Shown here: piece after piece, positions 20,079 to 27,748 of the stretch
How the letters are laid out: every line of letters begins with the position of its first letter
Numbering within the stretch: the stretch's first letter is position 1
Source of the DNA: Candidatus Omnitrophota bacterium
GTDB lineage: Bacteria > Omnitrophota > Gorgyraeia > Zapsychrales > JANLHA01
Length of the DNA stretch: 64,000 nt
Direction of reading: 5' to 3'
Assembly: GCA_023247795.1 (NCBI GenBank)
Contig: JAHFFT010000004.1
Span: 9,739 to 73,738 of the forward strand
Made by a program: the position numbers and the translations under genes
Notes under the pieces: generated by a model
The model's input: the letters and a program-made list of their open reading frames with translations, nothing else
Told to the model about the DNA's origin: nothing
Databases searched by the model: none

Positions 20079-20435
20079 TCAGTTACAAATTTGCTCCCAA
20101 TGCCCATCAACACATCTACCAATTTGACAGCCAATTCTAGGAATTGGTTTAATTCCACAGGACAAGGTTGGAGAGCTATCGCAAATTTGCTCCCAATAGC
20201 CATCAACACATCTACCAATTCGACAACCAATTTTAGGAATTGGTTTAATTCCACAGGACAAGGTTGGAGAGCTATCGCAAATTTGCTCCCAATAGCCATC
20301 AACACATCTGCCAACCCGACAGCCTATATTGGGAATTGGCTTTATACCGCAATTTAAGTTAGCGTTAGCATAAAATGGTGTTCCCATTACTACAATCAAA
20401 CATATAATTATTTTAACAATCAATTTACGGTTCAT
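20079..20435 (-). CDS. Secreted cysteine-rich tandem-repeat protein (118 aa). A signal peptide is followed by three 32-aa repeats with consensus CGIKPIPxIGCxxGRCVDG(Y/H)WEQIC(DSSPTLS).
   Basis: RBS AAGGAG sits 6 nt upstream of ATG at 20435. The signal peptide is MNRKLIVKIIICLIVVMGTPFYANA. Each repeat has 4 Cys (12 in total). The repeats are about 95% identical at the DNA level. Confidence 0.7.
   Translation of the reverse strand: MNRKLIVKIIICLIVVMGTPFYANANLNCGIKPIPNIGCRVGRCVDGYWEQICDSSPTLSCGIKPIPKIGCRIGRCVDGYWEQICDSSPTLSCGIKPIPRIGCQIGRCVDGHWEQICN
20086..20370. repeat. Tandem direct repeat, 3 copies of 96 bp (the third diverges at its 3' end), coding.
   Basis: The CAAATTTGCTCCCAAT… unit begins at 20086, 20182 and 20278. 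There are about 5 mismatches between copies 1 and 2. Confidence 0.9.
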
Positions 20436-20808
20436 TTTTCTCCTTTCGAAATACAGCTTCACGTAATTTCTGAATTTTAACTTCATAACTGCTGTCCTTT
20501 TTTACCTGTAAGTCAAAAAGGCGAAGCAGTTGGTCAATGCCTTTTTTTGCGTCTTCTGCCATGTCCTTATTTTGATTATTGATGTTGGCGACCGAATTAT
20601 CAAAATTAACTTTTTCTCTTTCTTGAAGACGTGGGAAGTATTCCCGCCTTGCTCCCCAATTAGTCACGAATAATGACACTAGAGACAATATGATAAAGAT
20701 TGCAAAGGTTGTAATTGTGTTAAACGGCGAGTTAAATAAAACGGTTCTACCTTTCAAATCACCCCATGTTGTAAATTTCTCTAATTCAAGAACTGACCAT
20801 TGAATCAT
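20425..20808 (-). CDS. Small single-pass membrane protein (about 127 aa), translationally coupled to the Cys-rich repeat gene.
   Basis: One TM helix (TITTFAIFIILSLVSLFVTNW) and a charged C-terminal tail. Its stop TAA (20425-27) overlaps the downstream ATG (20435) by 11 nt. The track start at 20832 is a TTG; ATG at 20808 is preferred. Confidence 0.5.
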   Translation of the reverse strand: MIQWSVLELEKFTTWGDLKGRTVLFNSPFNTITTFAIFIILSLVSLFVTNWGARREYFPRLQEREKVNFDNSVANINNQNKDMAEDAKKGIDQLLRLFDLQVKKDSSYEVKIQKLREAVFRKEKNEP

Positions 20809-20877
20809 GAAACATAACACCACAAGCGACAATCCAATCCAACCATTATATTTTTGGATTATTTTGTCTTTTACACT

Positions 20878-20895
20878 TTAGGGACGGACCCTACT
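20878..20895. repeat. REP-like motif TTTAGGGACGGACCCTAC.
   Basis: Member of the GGG(A/T)C-N-G(A/T)CCC family that recurs in intergenic sites. Confidence 0.5.
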
Positions 20896-20935
20896 TTTCG
20901 TTCAAATTTTTTTTGGAAAATGGCGTCAAAATAAA

Positions 20936-21406
20936 TTATAAGGCATCCATCTCAATTTCCAACGGTTCAATAATAGTCAAAATTTTGTCTTTGAACTTAA
21001 GATGCCCCCACGAATAATACCAGACAAACGGATCTGACCTCCATCTCCTATAGGTCCAAATTTCTTCATTAAACTTCTTTTTATTAATATTCGTTGGTTT
21101 TCCCGCTAAAGCGATTACCTGGTCTTCATTCATCCCTTTTAATAAAGTTAATTCTCGCATAGCCTCAGCTTGAAGAGAGGGTGTTTCTGGATAAGTATCT
21201 AGGTAGCTTTTAACACGATTCTTCAATTTACTCACATCAAGATATCGCTTTGAACCTTTGTAATAAGGGTTGTCTATCCATTCTTTCTCATTAAATAATT
21301 GCTTGCTTTCATATTGTCTGACATGTAATTCGGAATAAAGAGGAAAATTCCTTAAATAATTGCATCCTGAAAAAAAAATTATTACGATAATTAAAAAAAC
21401 CTTCAA
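20936..21406 (-). CDS. Lipoprotein with lipobox FFSGC.
   Basis: TTG at 21406 is preceded by AGGAGA at 6 nt and gives MKVFLIIVIIFFSGC…, a textbook lipoprotein signal. The track ATG at 21457 would add 17 aa encoded by a REP-like motif (21436-21452). Confidence 0.55.
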   Translation of the reverse strand: MKVFLIIVIIFFSGCNYLRNFPLYSELHVRQYESKQLFNEKEWIDNPYYKGSKRYLDVSKLKNRVKSYLDTYPETPSLQAEAMRELTLLKGMNEDQVIALAGKPTNINKKKFNEEIWTYRRWRSDPFVWYYSWGHLKFKDKILTIIEPLEIEMDAL

Positions 21407-21435
21407 AATTTCTCTCCTTGTTTCGTTGGAATAAC

Positions 21436-21452
21436 TAGGGGCGGACCCTAAT
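21436..21452. repeat. REP-like motif TAGGGGCGGACCCTAAT.
   Basis: Same family as 20878 and 21515. Confidence 0.5.
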
Positions 21453-21514
21453 TTCATTTTTCTTGGGGACTTTTATTAACAATTATTATAACATCATCAA
21501 CACCTCTGTCAAAA

Positions 21515-21532
21515 GTAGGGTCCGTCCCCTAT
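21515..21532. repeat. REP-like motif GTAGGGTCCGTCCCCTAT.
   Basis: Same family, in the intergenic region between the RsmB-like gene and the lipoprotein. Confidence 0.5.
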
Positions 21533-21541
21533 TTAAATAAG

Positions 21542-22480
21542 TTACGATTCTGCTGTCAGTTTGGCAATGAAAAAGCCTTCCATCACGCGATTCGGTAAAA
21601 CGCGTAGGGACAAACTCACCTGCGGATCAAAATCCCGTTTGCCCCAAGCCTTTATTGCAGGATATTGATCAATCTGGGGCACTTCGATGGGTACAACCCG
21701 CAAACGCCGCTCTGTCTTCCTTAATACCCAATCCAAAACCCCTTCATTTTCTTCCGGCGCAAACGTGCAGGTCGAATAAACAAGCGTTCCCTGTGGTTTC
21801 AAAAGCCGGGTCGCATTCAGCAAAAGCCCTCGCTGCTTCTGCACCATCTCTTTGATTTTACGCGGACTCCAATATTGATAGGATTCTGGCTCGCCTGCAA
21901 AAAAACGTCCCTCACTGCTGCAAGGGGCATCAACAAGAATCCGGTCAAACTGCTGTTGCGACCGATAGCGTCGGGCATCTAAAAACCGCGTGTGAACATT
22001 TTGAACATCAAGCAATTTCAAAACCGATTTCAATTTAAAAATCCGACCACGGATCGCTTCACAAGCCGTGATCTCTCCCTGGTTCTGCATCCGTGCGGCC
22101 AGGTGCGAGGTCTTGCTCCCCGGAGCAGCGCAAAGATCAAGCACCGCTTCTCCTGGTCGAGGATCAAGCAAGTGGACCACCAGCATACTTGACAATCCTT
22201 GCCGGTAAAAAACCCCCTGTTCACACCAGGAGTCCCAATCCTCGTCCTGTTCCGGACGTTGATTCAAGATCAGTGCTTCAGCGCACCAAGGGACACGCTG
22301 AAAAGCAATTCCCTTTTGCTTAAATAAGGAAAGGGCCTGCTCTTCTGAAATTTTTAAAGAATTGATCCTGATCGAGAAGCAGCGCGGCTGAACCAAAGAA
22401 TCTAAAACTGGGGAAGAAAATTCTGTTGGGATGATCGATTGCAGTCGTTGTAAAAATTCCGGCGGGAAGGATAAACTCAT
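21542..22480 (-). CDS. RsmB/NOP2/Sun-family rRNA (cytosine-C5) methyltransferase.
   Basis: SAM motif DLCAAPGSKT and the catalytic Cys motifs DAPCS and YSTCT. Confidence 0.8.
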   Translation of the reverse strand: MSLSFPPEFLQRLQSIIPTEFSSPVLDSLVQPRCFSIRINSLKISEEQALSLFKQKGIAFQRVPWCAEALILNQRPEQDEDWDSWCEQGVFYRQGLSSMLVVHLLDPRPGEAVLDLCAAPGSKTSHLAARMQNQGEITACEAIRGRIFKLKSVLKLLDVQNVHTRFLDARRYRSQQQFDRILVDAPCSSEGRFFAGEPESYQYWSPRKIKEMVQKQRGLLLNATRLLKPQGTLVYSTCTFAPEENEGVLDWVLRKTERRLRVVPIEVPQIDQYPAIKAWGKRDFDPQVSLSLRVLPNRVMEGFFIAKLTAES

Positions 22481-22998
22481 TTTTTCTTCATCGCGTCAAA
22501 ACGAATGCTTTTAATAGCCGTGTCAAATGCCGAACGATACTCTGAGAATGACTGCGATGCCGAGCAATAAACGTTATAAACCAAATCCCGCTCTTCGACC
22601 TCAATCAAATATTGCAAGGTTGTGATGTCCCCATGTTTGTAAATGAGCCATTCCGCGTGTCGGCCAGCAATCATGATCCGCCCCTGTTCTTGAATGGGCT
22701 GGTTCGTCCGCAGAATACGTCTGCGTTCCGACATGATGTTTGTGTCCCGGCCAGCCGTTGTCAAGCCAACAGAGATTTCCGCGCCATAAAAATCCCGCGC
22801 CCCGCCGCTAGGACTAGCATAAATGTCATAGTTGAGGGAATAGCTTTTACTCTTCGCCCAAAAATCCGGCAATTGGATCGAATACCACATGACTTCATTA
22901 TGGACACGATTCTTTTGCCAACCGCATCCTGAAAAAAATCCTGTGAGAATAAGACAGCTGGAAATGATTGATAAAACAAATGTCCGACGGTGAGGCAC
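22477..22998 (-). CDS. Lipoprotein of unknown function.
   Basis: Signal peptide with lipobox LTGFFSGC, the same FFSGC as the lipoprotein at 20936. Confidence 0.6.
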   Translation of the reverse strand: MPHRRTFVLSIISSCLILTGFFSGCGWQKNRVHNEVMWYSIQLPDFWAKSKSYSLNYDIYASPSGGARDFYGAEISVGLTTAGRDTNIMSERRRILRTNQPIQEQGRIMIAGRHAEWLIYKHGDITTLQYLIEVEERDLVYNVYCSASQSFSEYRSAFDTAIKSIRFDAMKKK

Positions 22999-23618
22999 TA
23001 AAAAAGCATCTCCTGATTGACTTGTTCAATCTTAAAATTTGGTTTCACAATCCCAAATTTTTTATACAATTCTTTAAAACTCTCGACCCGAGTTTCAAAC
23101 GCGGTATCCAAAAGCGAATTGAAGACCGCGGCCGTGGTTTGCACGTCGGCCAAGGCCCGATGCGAATCTGTGACCAAAACGCCCAGACCTCGGGCTAACG
23201 AAGGAAGGCTGTAACTGCGAAGGTGCGGGATCAATTCCTTGGCCATCTTCAAGGTATCGATGGCGGGGGTTTCTTCCCGCAACTTTCGTCCCAAAAGAGA
23301 AAGTTCATAGCAAAGAAAATCCAAATCAAATTTGATATTGTGCCCGACCAGGCAAGCCCCATTGATAAAATCGGTCATCCGCGTCAAAGCCTCTTCTCTC
23401 GACGGCGCGTCTTTGACCATGTCTACGCTAATGCCATGAAGACGTTGGGCCTCTTCTGGGATATCACGCTGTGGGTTGACCAGTGATTCAAAATGCTCGA
23501 CGATCTTTTGATTTTTGAACCGGATCGCCGCGATCTCTACGATGCGGTCTCCCCCCTCAGGGGTCAACCCCGTCGTCTCCACGTCGAAAATGACATATTC
23601 CGCTTGCTTGATATTCAA
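22998..23618 (-). CDS. DnaQ-like 3'-5' exonuclease (DEDDh).
   Basis: Exo I motif FDVETTGL, Exo II motif HNIKFDLDFL, Exo III motif HRALADV. Confidence 0.8.
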   Translation of the reverse strand: MNIKQAEYVIFDVETTGLTPEGGDRIVEIAAIRFKNQKIVEHFESLVNPQRDIPEEAQRLHGISVDMVKDAPSREEALTRMTDFINGACLVGHNIKFDLDFLCYELSLLGRKLREETPAIDTLKMAKELIPHLRSYSLPSLARGLGVLVTDSHRALADVQTTAAVFNSLLDTAFETRVESFKELYKKFGIVKPNFKIEQVNQEMLF

Positions 23619-23687
23619 TCGACGTCCTTTCCTTATTTAAAAAATTTTTCATTCGCATCTTGATCAGATGCTTTCCTTGTAAAACAC

Positions 23688-23790
23688 GATTAACGCCTTT
23701 GTGTCATTGCGAGGAGCTTTTTTGCGACGAAGCAATCTTAATCGAAAAGGGTTGCTTCGCTCCACTTCGTTGCGCTCGCAATGACAATCA
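23688..23790. repeat. Long imperfect inverted repeat: GTCATTGCGAGGAGC…GCGACGAAGCAATC against GGTTGCTTCGCTCC…CGCTCGCAATGAC. A smaller GCATCTTGATCAGATGC dyad lies at 23665-23681.
   Basis: Read directly. The outer 10-bp arms are perfect (TCATTGCGAG/CTCGCAATGA). It is intergenic between the DoxX stop and the exonuclease start. Confidence 0.5.
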
Positions 23791-23794
23791 TATG

Positions 23795-24208
23795 TTATTT
23801 CTTAATCAAACAACTGACGTTCAACTGGTCATGACTGCTGAAATACAAACCCACGCAAGCCATGAAGACATAAAAATAATTCTCCGCCGTGGTCGGGCCA
23901 TTTTTGGCCACCAACATTCCAAAGGCGAGCGAAACCAAAACCAGAGCGGACACGACCCAAGCCATCTTGAGGCGGATCCCCAAAAGCAGCCAAATCGCCA
24001 GTAGTGCCTCGACGTAGGCAATGGTATGAGCATGCAGCATGACCAAAGGCATCGGCAAAAATGAACCTTGAAACATCGCTTGATAAGCCATGACAACCTT
24101 ATCCAGCCCGCCGATAAACTTAGCTATGGCTGCCGTTCCCCAAAGCAACACAAAGGACAATCGCAGAATCAACGAGATCCAAGCCCCTTCATTCAAATTT
24201 TTGCACAT
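23795..24208 (-). CDS. DoxX-family membrane protein.
   Basis: Four TM helices in a DoxX-like pattern. ATG at 24208 is preferred. Confidence 0.65.
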   Translation of the reverse strand: MCKNLNEGAWISLILRLSFVLLWGTAAIAKFIGGLDKVVMAYQAMFQGSFLPMPLVMLHAHTIAYVEALLAIWLLLGIRLKMAWVVSALVLVSLAFGMLVAKNGPTTAENYFYVFMACVGLYFSSHDQLNVSCLIKK

Positions 24209-24228
24209 GCCTTCCTCCTCTGTTTTCA

Positions 24229-24939
24229 TCAACGCGATAACGTTGACATCAATTCTGTTGTTTTTTGTCGGTCATGCAGATAAATTTCCGGTCGCTCTTC
24301 TGCCTCCGCGAAACTCTTTTGCAAATATTGCTGAAGACGCTCTTTTTGCAATTCGTTCTTCACATCCCAGATCGGGTTCAGACTTTGATCGTTGATAACG
24401 ACGATCAAAGGCGGATTGACATAATGGGCCGCGTTGACGATCCGTTTGATAAAAAGATCAATTTCCTGCGGATCTTTGTCAAAAATATAGACATTGGGCT
24501 GAAAGGTGATTTTGCCCCATTGCTCGTCGAGAGTTTTGCGTAGCAGCCCATAACAGGAACAGTATTTGATAAGAACTTCCTGGCCGGTCTGCAGCTTGCG
24601 CGAATGATTGATGATCAGCTGGGTCAAATCCTGAAAATTGAACCGATTGATTTCATTATGCACATCAAATCCCAACAAACGGAACCGATAGACCCCATGC
24701 ACTTGCGGTGAGGCGTCCTTGACACTGCGCCCTAGCAGATCTTCACAAGCCTCCCACACGCTTTCATCGTCTTTGCGGATCACTGTCAATCCGAGCAGTG
24801 TGGCGTCGCGCTCTTCGCGACTCACCTGATAATGCTGGATTTTATCGTCGATGAATTCTTTCAGACGCACCGAGGAAAATTTCGGCAGAATCCCAAAGGT
24901 TGGTGAGCTATGAATGTCGGTATCAAATAAATTGAGCAT
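24229..24939 (-). CDS. Hypothetical protein (236 aa) directly downstream of addB.
   Basis: No motif recognised by eye. ATG at 24939 lies 10 nt after the addB stop. It is co-oriented and likely co-transcribed with addAB. Confidence 0.45.
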   Translation of the reverse strand: MLNLFDTDIHSSPTFGILPKFSSVRLKEFIDDKIQHYQVSREERDATLLGLTVIRKDDESVWEACEDLLGRSVKDASPQVHGVYRFRLLGFDVHNEINRFNFQDLTQLIINHSRKLQTGQEVLIKYCSCYGLLRKTLDEQWGKITFQPNVYIFDKDPQEIDLFIKRIVNAAHYVNPPLIVVINDQSLNPIWDVKNELQKERLQQYLQKSFAEAEERPEIYLHDRQKTTELMSTLSR

Positions 24940-24949
24940 GGATGATTTT

Positions 24950-27748
24950 TCAGCCGTCCTGAGCAAACGGCACTTGCGGATCAAGGATCTCATTCATGAT
25001 GAAATCCAAAGCGCATAGGTAATATTGATAAACTTTTTCTCTTTGTTCAAGCATTTTCGGATCTAAAAATGTTTTTACCTCCAAAGTGCACAAATTATAA
25101 AGCGCTGCGTTGACGGAGGCCTCTGGATATTGCTGCTGCAAATAATGGAAATACAACGGCAATTGGAAAGAACGGATCTGGTCCCGGATCCATTCTCGGG
25201 TGAATCCACAGCGAGAATCGATCGCGCCGGCCCGCGGCATCTGGTCCCGAGAACCGGTTTTATAATCAAGGATCAAGATTGTACCGTCGGGCATTTGATC
25301 AATCCGGTCAATGACATATTTGAATTTGATATGGCCTGCTGACAACTCGATTTTTTCCTCACAGCGATGCTCCAGAAACAGGATTTTATCGACGCGCCGT
25401 TCAGGACTGGATTGCTCATGGTCCATAAAGCGCTGCAGCCGCTCTTCCATGACCGCCTTTAACAGAAAACTGTCTGATTTCATGCTCCGGCCAAAGGTCT
25501 CGACGAATTTATGCTCAAAACTTTTCATCAAGCGCTGACGGAAAACCTCATCGATGAGTGGCTGTTTGTTCAAGAACGGCAGAAAACTCTGCTCCAAAAT
25601 CTCATGGATGAACGTGCCCACGTGTCTGGCCTCGGGCTCATCAAGGGAATCGTCCTGCTCCTCAATCCCCAAAACATAGCGCTCATAAAATTCCCAAGGA
25701 TCGTTCAGATAAGTGTTGAGACTGGAGGCAGAGTAAGACATCCTTTTTAAAAAATCGATCATCGCCGGCGTTTTTCGCATTTCCTTTTTTTGCGGCCGGC
25801 TTATGACTTCATAACCCACCGTTGCTATTTCGACCGCGTCGAGACGGTTCTGGAATTTCTGTTCTTCCCAAATCAATTCCTCAATAAAACGACTACGCTC
25901 TTTCTCTTTATTTTTCTGGTAGATCAAGTGCACATGCTTTGCCGAGGAAATGAGACGCATGAATTGATAGCGCTGGATCTCTTCTTCCAATTCAACGCGG
26001 TTGAGATCCAAACTAATCATCACGTCACGCGGGATGAGGGGCTGATAAAGTGTGAGATTCGGCAGCCGCCCTTCGTTCATGTCTAAGACAATCACATTCT
26101 CAAAATTGAGCGAACGGGTCTCAAACAACCCCAAAATCTGCAGTCCTTTCAGCGGGGAGCCTTGAAACGGGACTCGTTCACTTTCCAATTTGGTTTGAAA
26201 GACCTGAAAAATCTGTTCTGACGAGAATGGTTCATTGCGAAAGCTGGCCTGTTTCAATTCCTCAATCACATCATAGACCCGGGCGGCAATATTGAGATTG
26301 AGCGGGAAATGCTGGAGATAACTCTGTCCGACGAGGGTATCTAAAAAATTTTCTAAGCGGCTGGTGAAATCACCAAAATTCTTAATCTCGCCCCAGGCCA
26401 GAAATAAAAGTTCATGCAATTCTGCCAAAAGTTTTTCCAGATGTTCACGGTTGCTTAAGATCTGCAGACGGTCGAGCATTTCCGAGGCCGAAAGATACAG
26501 ATCATCCAGACGGAGCATATCCTCAAGATCCAAAAACAGACTACCGGAGAGCGACGACCGTTCACTACCAGTCAAAATCTCCTCGATCTTATGGACCACG
26601 ATCCGCGTTGCCGCCGCGTCACCGGTGAGTTTCAGATTCTTGATAAACGGATGTCTTAAAACCTGCAAATAATCCCGGGAATAAAATTTGCCGTTCCTTT
26701 TTGACAATTGCGCTTTGAAGATGAGTGTAAAGAGCGAGTATAGACTACTGCGCTGCAAGGGATACCCCATGGAAATATTGAAATCTTTCACCACATGACT
26801 GATCTCAGAAACCAAAGGTGTCACCAAATCCGGGGTCGGCAAAACAATGACGGTCTCCTCTGGATTCTTAATCTTTTTGAGGATCTCTCGTGCGATCCCG
26901 ACCTGCGAATGGCTGTCAAAACCTTCATAGATCTTCAGCTGAAAACCCGGCCGCTGTGGCTCATCCCCCTCGAGGATGGGGCAGGAAAAATTCTTTGCCA
27001 TCCGATCAAAGATCTGCCATTTGCGCTGATCACCTTGGAAAAACAGAACCGCCTTCTTCTGCGCTCTTAACTTCTTGATCACTTCTTCTTCACAGCGATT
27101 GAAATAAAAAAAGTTGCAGATCAGAATTTGATCAAATTCTTTGAATTCTTCCGTAAAATCACAATCTCGGCTGATCTGGGAGGCACGCAAATATTGCAGA
27201 CCACGCGAGAATTGCTTTCGCTTGAACATCTCCTGATGATACGCCTGGCGCAGAATGACAATATGCGAAAGCAGCTCATTTAAGTCCGCCGGCACTTCGT
27301 AACCGATCTGTGCGACTGATTCCACTGTCTTTAATTTTTGATCATCGATATTTTCTAGGTCGAGACTCTCGATGAAAGCCAAAATTTCTTTGGCCCAGGG
27401 TAAAAATTGGGCAAAGCGTTGACGCCCGGCAATCACCTTCGGGGTCAATTTTATCGCGAGTTGATACAACAGATAACAACTCTCCAAATCCGAAGGCACA
27501 CCGAACTTTTCCCTTTTGCGTACGATGGTGGCCATGAACTCATTGATGGAAAAAAACGTGGGCGGATAAAAACTCTTTTTCAGTCGAGTAGCAAGTTTCC
27601 GTTTTAAAAAAAGGTTTGGCCGACGGCCACCAAAGACAATGGCCAATCGATTCAACTCTCGATCCGTTGAGAGATAATGCTCATCGAGATACTCCATCAA
27701 TTGATCGAGAAAAGATTCACAAAATGAAAAGGTATGGACGTCATTCAT
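24950..27748 (-). CDS. addB: AddB-like helicase-nuclease subunit: degenerate N-terminal Walker A and a C-terminal RecB-family PD-(D/E)XK nuclease.
   Basis: About 930 aa. The C-terminus reads …YVIDRIDQMPDGTILILDYKTGS… (nuclease motif). The N-terminal VFGGRRPNLFLKR is a degenerate P-loop. ATG at 27748 overlaps the addA stop (ATGAATGA). Confidence 0.75.
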   Translation of the reverse strand: MNDVHTFSFCESFLDQLMEYLDEHYLSTDRELNRLAIVFGGRRPNLFLKRKLATRLKKSFYPPTFFSINEFMATIVRKREKFGVPSDLESCYLLYQLAIKLTPKVIAGRQRFAQFLPWAKEILAFIESLDLENIDDQKLKTVESVAQIGYEVPADLNELLSHIVILRQAYHQEMFKRKQFSRGLQYLRASQISRDCDFTEEFKEFDQILICNFFYFNRCEEEVIKKLRAQKKAVLFFQGDQRKWQIFDRMAKNFSCPILEGDEPQRPGFQLKIYEGFDSHSQVGIAREILKKIKNPEETVIVLPTPDLVTPLVSEISHVVKDFNISMGYPLQRSSLYSLFTLIFKAQLSKRNGKFYSRDYLQVLRHPFIKNLKLTGDAAATRIVVHKIEEILTGSERSSLSGSLFLDLEDMLRLDDLYLSASEMLDRLQILSNREHLEKLLAELHELLFLAWGEIKNFGDFTSRLENFLDTLVGQSYLQHFPLNLNIAARVYDVIEELKQASFRNEPFSSEQIFQVFQTKLESERVPFQGSPLKGLQILGLFETRSLNFENVIVLDMNEGRLPNLTLYQPLIPRDVMISLDLNRVELEEEIQRYQFMRLISSAKHVHLIYQKNKEKERSRFIEELIWEEQKFQNRLDAVEIATVGYEVISRPQKKEMRKTPAMIDFLKRMSYSASSLNTYLNDPWEFYERYVLGIEEQDDSLDEPEARHVGTFIHEILEQSFLPFLNKQPLIDEVFRQRLMKSFEHKFVETFGRSMKSDSFLLKAVMEERLQRFMDHEQSSPERRVDKILFLEHRCEEKIELSAGHIKFKYVIDRIDQMPDGTILILDYKTGSRDQMPRAGAIDSRCGFTREWIRDQIRSFQLPLYFHYLQQQYPEASVNAALYNLCTLEVKTFLDPKMLEQREKVYQYYLCALDFIMNEILDPQVPFAQDG

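Noticed and set aside
20091-20357. Plus-strand 88-aa ORF with its own internal repeats (…NFRNWFNSTGQGWRAIANLLPIAINTST…)
   Set aside because: It is the antisense reading of the 96-bp tandem repeats of the minus-strand Cys-rich gene. It has no signal peptide, start context or RBS, whereas the minus-strand frame has all of these.
20086-20370. Possible CRISPR array (regularly spaced near-identical repeats)
   Set aside because: The repeats are 96 bp, directly abutting with no spacers, and sit in-frame inside a coding sequence. There are no cas genes.
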